A stretch of 64,000 nt of DNA from the human T2T-CHM13v2.0 reference genome, Homo sapiens. The position numbers were made by a program, and so were the translations under genes. Shown in pieces: positions 42,690 through 55,908 of the stretch. The notes under the pieces were generated by a model. It did no database searches. It saw only the letters and a program-made list of their open reading frames with translations, and was not told where the DNA came from. Location: assembly GCF_009914755.1 (NCBI RefSeq), contig NC_060928.1, one strand, 5' to 3'. The stretch's first letter is position 1. Each line of letters begins with the position of its first letter.

Positions 42690-42890
42690 TGTATCAGCTG
42701 GCTTTGGCTTCATAACAAACTATCCTAAAGGTTATTGGCATAAACCAAAATAAGTTATTCAGTTCACAGGTCTGTGATTGGCAATTTGGGCCAGCTTTGA
42801 GTGATCTGACCTGGACTGTCTCCTGTGTCTGCAACCAGATGTCAGGTCAGCAGAGGCAAAATGATGCTGAGCTGGGGCACCTCAGTCCTC
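42690..42890 (-). mobile_element. MaLR LTR fragment (MLT1G/H-like)
   Basis: tgtatcagc...cataacaaactatcctaaa...tcacaggtctgtgattggcaatttggg. Confidence 0.6.
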
Positions 42891-42962
42891 ACCGTGCCCC
42901 CGCCCAACCCCATGAAGGAATGAATTTACATTGCTGCTATCATAATTTTAAAATTTTAGGTT

Positions 42963-43135
42963 TCCTTCTTTTTTTTTTTTTTTTTTTGAGACAGAGTGTC
43001 ATTCTCTCACTCAGGTTGGAGTGTAGTGGCATGAACTCAGCTCATTGCAGCCTCGACTTCCTGGGCTTAAGCAATCCTCTTGCCTCAGCCTCCCAAAGTG
43101 CTGGGATTGCAGGTGCGAGCCACTGTGCCAGGCCT
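42963..43135 (-). mobile_element. Alu monomer (FRAM-like or left/right chimera)
   Basis: About 150-nt single arm plus poly-T; left-arm 5' end joined to right-arm 3' end. Confidence 0.9.
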
Positions 43136-46100
43136 GGATCCCTTATTTTTTGAAGATTAACAACAAATCTTCTCTTTGCCTTATAGTAAACCTGTAATTA
43201 CTCAGATTAAAATATTCTCTAGAGAAAGTGATGTCATGGTTTATTCAAGAACTCTCAAGTCATTGAGTTGTTAAGTGTGGACATTATTTTTCCAATAATT
43301 TCTATCAGCTGTGCTGCCAACTCCCTTTGCTAACAGTCTCTAAATCCAATCTCATTGTTTTTCTGTCATCTTCAGTTATTCACACTTGGTCCAGATCAAC
43401 CTCCCATTAGAGTCAAGGCTTTTCCCTTCTCCTCAGACCCATGAAGGCTACTAGACCTTGACTTCAGAGCCTGGAGTTGGGGGTGGAAGTCTTCTCTCCC
43501 ACCTCCCTGCTCCTTCTTCCTTGCAGTCTTCCTCTGGCATCAGTGCTGGGAGGAAGAAAGGAGATCTACCTCCTGACATGCCTGTGCATGGCGAATGTCC
43601 TTTTCTTGGTTGGCGTGAACTGCTCTTGCCTAATATGAGTGCCCACATGTGAAAAAAAGCATATTATTGGTGAGAGGTGCCACTTGAGCAGAATCAGAGA
43701 TAAACATGTTTTCCAACCTCAGTAGTGCAACAAAGATCCTCACTGATTCTCTGTGCTCAGCACCATTAATCAAGCTGTGGTCTATACAGTAGAAATAGAG
43801 AGGAAAAGGTCCCAAGACCCTGCTGGCACTGGACTCAGCTCCAAGGTATTTCGTTTAGAAATATGAATACATCTTCAAAAGTTGATATCACCTAGCTACC
43901 ATATCACATCCTAGCCTGTAGTGGACCCCAGCAAGCTTGCAGCCACCTCTCTCTATCTCAGTTATATTTTGCACCCTCTCCCAGCTCATTTTTGGGAACC
44001 ATGAAACACTTAACAGGACTGACCCGTGCTGCCTTCATTTGGCTTCAGTGCTCCCATCATCTTCCTTTAGTGTTCTTGCCCCTAAAACACCAGAACAAAT
44101 TTGCAAACTCTATTGCTCAGAAGACAGCAAGGAGAAAAACAAGTGTCCATTTCTTATTGATACCCACAGTCTTTGGTTTCCTACTCCCTTAAGCTTGAGA
44201 AAAGAAATCAGTAAGTGCCTAGGACAAGGCCCCTAAAAATAACCTCCTAGCCCTTTTCCAGTCTTCTTTATACAAACAGAGGATGGATGGATAGAGGAAG
44301 GAAAGAGCTTGAAAAAAGTGCTCATCTCTGATCCTACTCAAGGGGCACCTCTCACCAAGCCCTTGGAGCTGGAGACCAGCACCTTCATCTGAGATTCTCT
44401 CTGAATTAAGAGTGGCCTTTACTCTCAACTTTGAGTTCTAGAAGCCAATACTGAAAAGTCAAAAAACATTGCACAAGATATTTTACACAATCCTGCTCTA
44501 CAGAAAAGCCTTTAGTACAGGTACATATTAAAAAAAAGTCTCAGTTGTAACTTCACTATTGCTGCAAATGAAAATCATTTACTTCACCTTATGTGGCCTA
44601 TTTTCCTTTATCCTTTTTGTAGATCACTCTTCTCTTTTTTTTTGTAAATCAAAACAATTTATTGTATGAGTTTAAGAGTATCTTTACAGTCATCGATTAG
44701 TTTCAGCATCACAGTTCATTCTCTTTCCTTCAGCACCAAGAAAATTGATGCGATGGCCTGTCTTAAGTTGGCTTCCTCTATTGGTCTTTTATCTGACAAG
44801 ACACCTTTGGCAAAGTCTCATCAATATGCTACTTTTCATCTGCCTGACACTGAAATCAATGGACTGCAGAAGAAGCCTCTCGATCAGCATTGTCAGAAAT
44901 GATCACCATGCTGGACGGAGCATGCTACCTGATTTCTGTGAGCACTCATTCATTCCTGAAAGCTTTCTCTCAGCTGTTACAAGAGTGACCCTGCTTAGAG
45001 GTCAGAGATAAAGATGCTCTGCAGTCAGAGGATGCACGGTAAATGTGGAGAGGGGAGACTTTCTCAGAGCGTGAGACGATATAATGGTCTGTATATCTGG
45101 CCCCTGGGAGAAATCACATTTTCCATCTCTGGGGCACGTGACCTGCAGGATCTGCATTTGTGGGCCTGGAAGCCCTAATTTGTCATAAGTGACAGTTGGG
45201 ATTAGTGGTTATATTCAACATTACAGAAAGAACTTACCCAAGCAAAAGTAAATGAGTTGGCATAATTAGTTTTATGAAGAAAATTTAAAGTATTCATCAA
45301 AAACTTTATAACAAAATATAAACATGATTATATAAATCTTTTTATATATTCTTGATTAACGAATACGAATAATTGAGTAGAAGAAAAAGCTTGCCAAATA
45401 CCTTTTAACGTATTTAGATAATTTTCTCCCATCAGCGATAACAAGAATTATCATATCAAAAACTGAATTCCACTAGCAATCATAAACCTAATGGAATTAG
45501 GTTTCCCTGACTTGGAAGATTCTAGGCTTGTGCTCATTCTAAGAGAGAGAATAATGTCCTGGGAGCCTACAGCCATCACTCAGAACTCTAACCCAAAGTA
45601 GAAGAAAGATTGAAGACCACTGGTTTCAGACAATGATACCTAAATTATTCTGCCTGGTGAATATCTAAATGACCAAGGCACTTGATTGTTCTCTGCTTGA
45701 AGGAATACAAAAGCCTTTATACCCTAGAAGGCAAGAAGTTCTTTATTTAAAAAAAAAAAAGAAAAAAGAAAAGAAAAAATTTTGGCCTGGTTAAAATGCA
45801 CTTCATTTTGTTCCTCATGTTGACCAGTAATTACATACTCTTCCCCCTGCAAAAGAAAAAACACTACTCATTCTAAAATAGCAGTATTGACCCTTTTGAG
45901 ATATTTCAAAAGGATATTTTCAAAAAGACATTTCAAAATCCTAGAAGCAAAGAAAATATAGTTGAAATCCAGGAAAGCTGAGAAGGTACACAGTAAGTAA
46001 TTAATTTGGAGACAACTGTCAAGAATTCCTCTGAGGGGTGGGTAGTATGTACTTCAACGACACCTTATTAATGAGGTGGCCAAGAAAAACCCCAAACCAA

Positions 46101-46229
46101 AATTGATTGAAAAGAGGATGCGTGAGTATCTAATGCAAACCCTGCAGGAACACTGATCACAATGCCAGGGGCCAAGGTATAGTCTTTCAGGTAAATATCC
46201 TGTAAGACCCCCAAAACATAGTCAAAGCC

Positions 46230-46698
46230 TGGGGGGGACCCCAGCTCACACGACAGATGAATAATGTACCCAGACACCGATATTCACTGAAAGAGCAGCT
46301 AGGGGTCCAAGCCGCTCACAGACACCAAGGAAGGTGCTGTAAAGAGTCAGCAGCCATGGCCCGACTAGCTGGCCCTGCAGGCATTTATTTAGCACAGTTT
46401 TAATGACAAAGGCTTTGAGTCAACACATCTGTGTGTAATTAATTTGGTTGTCCCCACCCCGGGAGAGCCATCCTGCCTGTGAGTGATCAAAGGTTAGTTT
46501 TAGGACCACATAAGTAAACGAGCTCTTTGGATAAACTCCTCTACATTCCTATGTATCTATGGCCTAAGCTATTAAGTGGATTCAGCTGCCTTCAGCCAAA
46601 CACTTTATGCAAACCTCCAGGCCTTCCAAGAGGGTTTGTGTTTATTTCCTATAACTTCATCTTAAAATTTTTCCCACCAGCCTGACTGAACTCCCACA
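46230..46698 (-). mobile_element. ERVK solo LTR (LTR22 family, HML-5)
   Basis: Minus strand begins tgtgggagttcagtcaggctggtgggaaaaattttaagatgaag; TG..CA ends; 6-bp TSD aaagcc/aaagca; AATAAA at 46384-46389. Confidence 0.8.
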
Positions 46699-46959
46699 AA
46701 AGCATGGCTGCAAATCCCAGAGAAAGAAGAAAGAGAACTTACATAAAGGAGGCTTTCTGGAGAACTCGCTGTAAGAGGGTCAATGCGGAAATATGGAATG
46801 TGCTTAGGAGTCCACTGAAGCAGTCCAGGTAAGAGACAACTGACTTATAGTGGTTGGGGAGTGAGAAGTAGTCAGATTCAGGATATACTGATAGCCTCAC
46901 ACATCAATATCCTCAGACAGGGAAAAAGAGAATATCCCTCCAGTGTCCCTTTTAAACAG

Positions 46960-47905
<946 letters not shown>

Positions 47906-47909
47906 AAGT

Positions 47910-48140
47910 AATGCCTAGAGCTGCTACAGCCATCCCGTGACCATAAAGAAATTTCTTGACAAGTGGTGGAAGGTGCAGCACAAAGACTAAAAGAACCTGG
48001 ATCCACGGGGATGCCCCTAAGCTGTGGAATCCATCATTTCAGTAAGAGCCCTAGCTTTTAGTTGTCATATGAGACAATAAGTTCAGCCACTTTAATTTGG
48101 AATTGCTGCTTACTCCACAACTAGGACTGCCCTAACTGCT
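47910..48140 (+). mobile_element. MaLR LTR 3' fragment (MLT1J/K-like)
   Basis: atgcctagagctgctacagccatc...tgaccat...aagaacctggatcc...tgagacaataa...ccctaactg. Confidence 0.55.
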
Positions 48141-48755
48141 GCGTAATTTTAATCTTCTAGACAAATATCACATTTCAATTTCTAGAATATGTCATCCAAG
48201 AGCATTTTCCTTTCCCATTTCTCATACAATCTGCATAAATTCAACCAAATGGTTTGTAAGACTTTTAGGATTAATTTGATAATGTTTATCACATTTCTTA
48301 TCCACCATGAGCTTCTATTATATAGGCATTTGAATTTCCCGCATTTGAAGAATGATGCAAAAACAAATTTCTTGTGCAGCTGGGCAAAACTGAATTATAA
48401 AACTTAAAATGACAAAAAAAGAAAAAACAAAGCCCCCCAAATCCAAAATGTGGCCTCCCAGAATACTTGTCTTTGAACATCTTTCTGATAAAAGTGTTTG
48501 AAACCTCTTAGAAAAACACTCAAGTAGAAAATGCTTTTGGAAGTTGACTCTATAAGGCAAAGGAATGTGTTATAGTTAACTGCTAAAGCCTAAATCACAG
48601 ACACATTGTGTCCTTCAGAAATGTGTCTCATATTCTCAGACATCTTGGGCTATTTTCCAAGAATTGAATCTTTCAATTCCAAACATTTCCCTATGAATCC
48701 ACTCTTAACTAAGTGTAACTACACTATTACCACTAGAAATTAATTCTTCATTTAT

Positions 48756-48810
48756 TTATTTATTTATGAGTACTTATTGCATTATTATTTATTTATGAGT
48801 ACTTACTGCA
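48756..48810. repeat. 29-bp tandem duplication at the tail of a reverse L2
   Basis: ttatttatttatgagtacttattgca / ttatttatttatgagtacttactgca. Confidence 0.85.
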
Positions 48811-49306
48811 TCAGACTTTAAGGCACTGAAGGAGATATCTATAAATGAGAAGATATGGATCCTAGTCTCAAGGTGTTTTGCTCAGAGAGGAAGCCCTCTC
48901 AAAAGCCTTAAAAATATAGTATACAACATAATTCATACTAAGATTTTTCCCAATTCACTGGCCTGTTGCAAACTTCCTCTCCCATGGTCTGAGGCATGTA
49001 CAGTGAGCTACAGCCTAGAGTTGGTCAACAGAGAGCTCCAGTCACACAGTAATCTATGTGGCTCTTTCTATAAGAGGTGCCCCTTAGAGTTGGGCAGTGT
49101 CAAGCCAGCTGCCCCAGAATGAGCATTGGTCCATCCCAACTGTACCTGACCTTGCCATTTGAGATAGATTTGGAGACTTAGGACTGACTCATTCTACTGA
49201 GTCTCATACACCTGTCATTCTTGATCATTGGCCAAAGTGGAAACCTCTCTAGCCATCTTTCCTCTCTGTGTCTTTTCCAATTGGGTGTTTTGCTTCTCTT
49301 ACCCCA

Positions 49307-49770
49307 TATTATGGGTTAAAATGTGTTCTTCCAGAAAAGATATGTTGAAGTCCTAACCCTCAGAATGTGGCCTCATTTGGAAATAGGATTGTTGCTAATG
49401 CAATTGGTTAAGATGAGGTCATACTGGAGTAGGGTGGGCCCCTGATTCAATATGACTAGCGTGCTCCTAAAAAGAACTCCAGGTAGAGAGAGAGACACAA
49501 GGAGAAGGTCATGCAAAGGTGAGAAGTCATAGATCAGAAGGGTGCATCTACAAGCCAAGTAACACCAAAGATGGCCAGCAAAACACCAGAAGCTAGGACA
49601 GAGACCTAGAACAGGTTCTCCTTCACAGTTCTCAGAAGGAACCAATTCTGCAGACATTTTCTTCTCAAATTTCTAGCTTTCAGAACTGTAAGACAATAAA
49701 TTTCTGTTGTTTAAGCCTCCCAGTTGGTGGCATTTTTATTTTGTTATGGAAGCCACAGCAAACTAATACA
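49307..49770 (+). mobile_element. MaLR solo LTR (MLT1C-like)
   Basis: tatgttgaagtcctaaccc...agatgaggtcatactggagtagggtgggccc...caccagaagctagg...aataaatttctgttgtttaagcc...aaactaataca; TSD cccca/tccca. Confidence 0.9.
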
Positions 49771-49809
49771 TCCCATCTGTTGCTCCCATTCTGATTGTTG
49801 AAAAATCTC

Positions 49810-50750
49810 CTAACTGTGATGTCTGGAACTCCCATTCCATGCTAAAGAAACTTCCCAACATCTTTATTTTCTTCACCAAACAGCCTCTCTCTGCTTCTAG
49901 CACTGTCTTGAAGACATGGCTTTACATGTGGCTCTCTCAAGGGCAATTCATCACTTCACTGAGACAGCCAGGTGGGAGGGGCTCCCTGGCAAAACTCCAG
50001 CCAGCCTGTACACTAGGGTGGAGTCTTGGGAAGTTTGAGCCTTTTGCAGCAGGGGGAAAAGCTTGGCCCCTCCTCTTCCTGTGTGGAAACTGGGATTCAA
50101 ACTGCGAGGCGGGAAGCACAGGAGCAGGGGACTCTGGCTTTGCAGAGGGTCCCTGTTCCCTGCTTTTTCCTTTTCACCCAATAAAACCCTGCTTTACTCA
50201 CACTTCAAACTGTCTGCAAGCCTATATTTTTGTGGCATGGGATGGACAAGGACTCCATCTGTAGCTGAACTAAGGAAAAGTCCTGCAACAGTACTAAGTT
50301 GGCATTCTCTAGCTCCCTATTGCTATTTCCAGGGAATTACTCCCCAATATGTTGCAAAACTCCCTCTCACTCTGCCAGTTAAGCCATTGGATAGCTTCTA
50401 CCCTCCCTCATCACTGCTGTCTTCCAGCATATTCATGGTTAATGTATGAGATGTTTTCCATCATATTTATGGACACACTTGACACCTGCTTTGCACTCAT
50501 CATTTTCACCTCAAGTCCTGCCCTCATCTCTGGCATCTTTTATGATCACATGAATAAGCTGCCCAACTCCCCAGCCCAAGGACTGATTGTTCTCTTCACA
50601 CTCAGTGCCAACAACTGCTTTCTACTTCATTCACTGGTATTTAGGTATCTTACTCACCTATCTCACCTGATCTGCTCTATATCAGAATACTTACATTCCA
50701 CTCCCTAGACACAATCTCCAATCCTACATTTTTCTCATGGTCTTTTTCCT
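49810..50750 (+). mobile_element. L2 ORF2 endonuclease-region relic (split by MER61)
   Basis: Translates to CDVWNSHSMLKKLPNIF...KTWL and PALISGIFYDHMNKLPNSPA, degenerate versions of L2 APE motifs (LWNSRS..TETWL, ILGDFNIHV). Confidence 0.7.
49960..50290 (+). mobile_element. ERV1 solo LTR (MER61A-like)
   Basis: tgagacagccaggtgggagggg...tggcccctcctcttcctg...cccaataaaaccctg...gaactaaggaaaagtcctgcaaca. Confidence 0.85.
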
Positions 50751-51073
50751 GCCAAACTTGTCTCTTTTTGTTTTTTGTTTTTTATTTTTGGCTTCGTACA
50801 CATCTCTAAGCTCTCAGTGCCTCCACATTTTGTCAAGTAATGAAACCTTTCTTGGTTTTACTTTCCTATCTAGACCAGGCCTCTCTATTGATCACCAAGC
50901 AACGTCTCTTCCATAAAGTCAGTCTACAGCACCATAGATGATTCTGGGGACATATCATCAAAGATGTGCCTTTGTGTGATGAGCTGAGAAAGAGCTGGTA
51001 GAATGCTAATGACTAGGTAATGGGGCCTCTCAAATCCTTTTCAAAATAATTCAAAATGTAATAGTTATTTATC

Positions 51074-51935
51074 TGTGTAATAATAAGAAATACAGGTTTT
51101 GTCTCCGCCTCCCTTTCCTAGTAGACAGTTCCTAAAACCAAGTGATAGGTGTCTTTTCATGTGCTAATGGGATGGCTGGTGGCGGGGCTCCTGAATAGCC
51201 TCAAGATGGGGGCTGGGTGCCAGGAGAACCAACCAAGTGATTACACAGTTGGAACTTTCAGCCCCATGCTACCTCCCACTCCACCCCTCAATCTCTAGGG
51301 AGCAGAGGAGGGCTGAAGGTTGAGGTGATCACCAATGGCCAATGATTTAATCAATCATGCCTATGTAAGGAAGCCTGTATAAAAACCAGAAGGGCAGGGT
51401 TCAGAGAGCTTCCAGGTGGTTAACAGCAACACATCCACATGCTGGGAGCATGGTGCATCCCAAGATCCACAGGGACAGAAGCCCCAGTGCTCAAGACCTT
51501 CCAGGACCTTGCCCTGTGTATCTCTTTATCTGGCTGTTCATTTGTATCCTTTAAAGTAGTCTTTGTAATAAAATGGTAACCTAGTAAGTAAGCCATTTTC
51601 CTGGATTCCATGATCCATTCTAGCACATTATCAAACTTGAGAAAGGTCATGGGAGCCACCAATTTGTAGCCAAGTTGGACAGAAGTTGTGGGTAACCTAG
51701 GTACTCACTCACTACTTGTGATTGGCGTCTGGAGCGGAGGCACCCCATGGGACCAAGCCCTTGATTTGATGCTACCTCCAGGTACATGGTTTCAGAATTG
51801 AGATAAATTGTAGGACACCAGTTGGTATCCACAGATAATTGGAGAATTTCTTGGTGTGGGAGAAGCACCCACACATTTGGTAACAGACATGTTCTGTGTT
51901 GAGTGTAAGAACAGAGAAAAGCAGTTTGTTACTTC
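51074..51935 (+). mobile_element. MER21-family LTR
   Basis: caccaatggccaatgatttaatcaatcatgcctatgtaa...ggaccttgccctgtgtatctc...tgtaggacaccagttggt...cacatttgg. Confidence 0.85.
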
Positions 51936-52384
51936 TATATGGATTATTTTACCTAAAATTTTGGTTACATTACTTTGTAGTTCTTCAATCTTTCCCCATC
52001 AGTTATATAACTGAGTTCTAGCTCCTTAGACTGGCTTCCCAGGCCATTAATAATATGATCTTGCCTATCCCCTTCCAAATTGCTTCCCAGCACTTCCTAC
52101 TGTTCACATTGTGCAATCTGAAGTCTTTCTGATTTGGAAATGCTTCTGCCCACAGTCTTATCCTCTCTTGCTTAGGTAATCCCATAAGGAGTTCTCTCTC
52201 CTCTTAATCTTCTGGTGAACTCCTGAGCATTCTTCAACACTCACTGAAGACCTTACATCACTTTCATATCTTTCACAGATTCCTTGGATAGAATTTATAA
52301 GTCCTGTCTTTCAGACACTTCATCTTATCCACACTTCTACAATTGTACTATTTTTATTTTTCCACATGTATCTTCACTATAGTG

Positions 52385-52594
52385 CAGGGTTTCTCAGCCT
52401 CAGCACTATTGACATTTGAGGCCGGTTAATTCTTTGTAGTGGCAGGGGCGGGCTGTTCCGGGTATCATAGGATGCTTCGCAGCATATCCGACCTCTGCCC
52501 ACTAGATTCTAGTAGCATCACTCCAAATTGTGACAATCAAAAATGTCTCCAGACATTGCCAAACGTTCCCTGGAGGACAAAAGCGCCTCCAGTT
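52385..52594 (-). mobile_element. MER20 hAT-Charlie DNA transposon
   Basis: cagggtttctcagcctcagcactattgacattt...aaaaatgtctccagacattgccaaa is the reverse complement of the MER20 consensus. Confidence 0.9.
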
Positions 52595-52699
52595 ACAGTG
52601 CAAGCCACTCCAGGGTTGCACCTTACCTTTTTCATCTTGTTAAACTCAGAAACTAGCAGAGTGCCTGCCTCATAACATACACTCAGCCAACGTTTAATG

Positions 52700-53200
52700 A
52701 ATTGATCTGAAGCTCAGGAAGTGTGACACTGTTCCAGCAAAACGCCACAGAGAACCCAGGCAGTGTCAACAGCGTTCTTCCAGGTACTTCTAATGAAGAC
52801 ATTTTCTAGTTAAAACATAATGTTTCACTCCTAAGACGGACAACAGCATTCTGCATTTTCTTTCTGAAAGCAAAGGGCATATCTGCAAAGTTTCCCGAGC
52901 ACCGTGGCCCGAGGCTATTTTTGACTGTGTAGCTCTTGCAGACTTGGGGCCTCCCTCCCCGCCAGTTGGCTTTCTCACGCTCTTGCAGCTTTTCTGCCTG
53001 CCCCCACTTCCCCAGTAGTTTCATTCAGTACTTCGCTTCCACACACAGCACTGGGCAGAGACCCTCAGTGGGCACTCGCCGCTGCTCAGAACCAGGCCCT
53101 CAGCAGACGTGAATGGCTCCTGTGGCAAAGGGCCAAGTTCATTGTCTGCCTGCTTCCTGTGCCAAGGCATTTGGCTCCTGTCTACTGCTTTTATCTGCAT
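52700..53200. promoter_or_regulatory. Candidate enhancer (CpG-enriched unique segment)
   Basis: Raised GC/CpG, GC box ctccccgcc, ETS cores cacttcccc and cttcctg, MEF2-like gctatttttg. Confidence 0.3.
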
Positions 53201-53747
53201 TTGTCTTTTCAACCAAATGAAGTTAAATTATGTCCTTACTTTTTACTACTGGGGCTGCCTGAATTCTCTATCTTAATATGACTTCCTAGTAAAGCCCATT
53301 TTCTTCTCAAAGAGAGGGTTATAAATACTGCGAGATGGGAAATGGACCACTTCTAGAAAAGCCATGTGAGCCCAGCTTGGTGTATGTGGGAAGGGTTCAG
53401 ACTTCCCAGCACCATGGGATACGACTCAAGGAGGATATTTCATATTTAAGACAAAGGGTAACTTAACGGCTTTTCTCTCACCTGCCAAATGCCAGGTCTT
53501 TTGGCCACTCTTCTGTTTGCATGGAAAATTATAAAAAGGCAAAGAGATTCTGGAGAACTTGACATAGTAAAACCAGGTGGAAATTTTTCTCCTTAAAACA
53601 ATTGTAGAAATTAGAAGAGAAGCACCTCACCAGCAGCTGACAGGCCAATGTGACAGAGCAGTGCTCTCCTCTCCAATTGTGTTTGCTTTTTGCTCTCTCT
53701 CCCTCGGGCTTTGGGAAGAATTGATTTGGGGCTCTTATGTTTAAAAC

Positions 53748-54172
53748 ATTATGGCAGACATTGTAAGTTGACTAGCCCAATTTCCATTCTCAACTCCCTT
53801 CTTCTGCCTCTTAGAAGCTGGTAAAACTGAACACTCACTTTCCCGGCTTCCTTTGAAGCATGTGGCATGTCACCTATTTCTGTCCAATAGTACCTAAGAT
53901 TTTTTTTTTCTGGGGGATTCTGGGAAAGTATTTGCTGTCCTGATATGAAAGACAGATGTTTCTTGTGCTGGCCTCTGTGCCCTTCTTCCTGCTTTGAGTG
54001 TGGACATCGCCTGAAGCTGGTGCTTAGAGCTGCAGCCCCTTCTAGGGACTGTGAAGCATCTCTTCTGACCATAGGCAGCTGCACCATTCTGCTACATGAG
54101 AAAAAGAACCCCCTTTCTCTAACCTGGTAAATAACTGTTCTGTTGTTTGCTGCCAAAAGGCTTTATAATGAA
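53748..54172 (+). mobile_element. Old MaLR LTR (MLT1I/J-like)
   Basis: tatggcagacattgtaagttg...tttcccggcttcctttgaagc...ttctgggaaag...agagctgcagcc...catgagaaaaagaaccc. Confidence 0.7.
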
Positions 54173-55545
54173 AATAGCTGTATTTACCCTGTAGTCAAGT
54201 CACTATGAAAGTAAGTGCAGCTGTTTTACCCATTCCCTCTTCCCTGTGCACTCTCATCAGAAATTCACCAGGATACAATGTGATTCGTTCAAAATCCACC
54301 TAGATTAAGCATTAATCTAAGCTAAAAATGATGCTATATATTTAAATGAAACAAAGACAGAACTTTTGTTTTATTCATCATTATAGTCTCCAATGTCTAC
54401 CAAGTACCTTCTATTAGGTACTTCAAAGCAGTATTTGAACTTTTAAAAATCAACTTTATTAATCCTCTAGGATTAATGAAGTATCTTTACGAATAAATAC
54501 ACAGCCTGCTCTTCTAAAATAAAGTCACTCATTTTTGTCTGATTAACATGTTTAAATTGTTACAATTTTTTTAATTTTAGAGATACCAAAAGTGAGCCAT
54601 TTTATTAAACATTACCCTATCTACAACTAGGATTTTCAAATAATATTTCCAGGATTTATATTCCTTTTTGGTTTTATTTCCAGCCTCCTCATCCCTCTAC
54701 TTAGTGGGATCAAGGGAACATAGAGGTGCAGTACTGGGTGGTAAACAGAAAAAAAAACTCCTTTAAGGACTATTGCAGGGCAGGTGGCAGAAATCAACTC
54801 GCTCATGACAGTAACTCTCTGACAGCACAAAGAGGCTGAGAGAGCTACTCAACTGTCAGAGAAAATCATTTAAGGAGCAGGGGCCCTGATTTCAGACCTG
54901 GACAGATAAAGCTTTATAGCCTACTAAAATAGGCTATCTAAGAGAAAGACCCAGATCATTGTGGTTAATATCAGCCACACAGCAAAGTATGAACAGCATA
55001 GCAACACAGCATCTGATAACAACTAGAGCCAATGTGAGCAGGAAAAACTTTTCTCAAAACAATGACAATCAGCCTGGTCAACTTTACAAGACACATTCAA
55101 TTCACTTCAGTTTTCACAGACCACAGTGTTTCTCTATTTATAAACAATGTTTTTCGGGGAGTCAGTGTCCTATTGCTTTAATACACCTCTGATACAGTGG
55201 TCTATTCCAATTTGAATTGTTGGATGGCTTAATTAGAGAACTAGAAAATAACAGGAAAAAAGCCAACAGTCATACACCTAAATTTCCTCTATGTGTCCGA
55301 GGTATGACATGCATTCCTCATTTAGGGCCCAGCACAATCCCATGATGTGGGCATCACTGGCTCCATTTTACAGATGTGACTGTTAAACCTGTAAGTTCAC
55401 ATGCTTTCACCACGCCATGAACTGTGTGCTTGAAGTGTCACTGTGTCTGGGTAGAGCAAGCGGAGACCTGGTCATAAACGGGTGTGTAAGGAGTGAGTGT
55501 TCGTTTGATGAGCAGAGTGATGTTGTATTCAAATGGCTGAGAACT

Positions 55546-55908
<363 letters not shown>

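Noticed and set aside
43400-43565. Strong acceptor-like sites on both strands (also minus-strand acceptors at 8333, 45941 and 61119)
   Set aside because: Arise from pyrimidine/purine tracts and lack convincing paired donors
49960-50290. p53 response element in MER61
   Set aside because: Some MER61 subfamilies carry one, but no RRRCWWGYYY pair is visible in this copy
49839-50708. Overlapping 119-141-aa ORFs
   Set aside because: Read-through of decayed L2 ORF2 and MER61 LTR sequence
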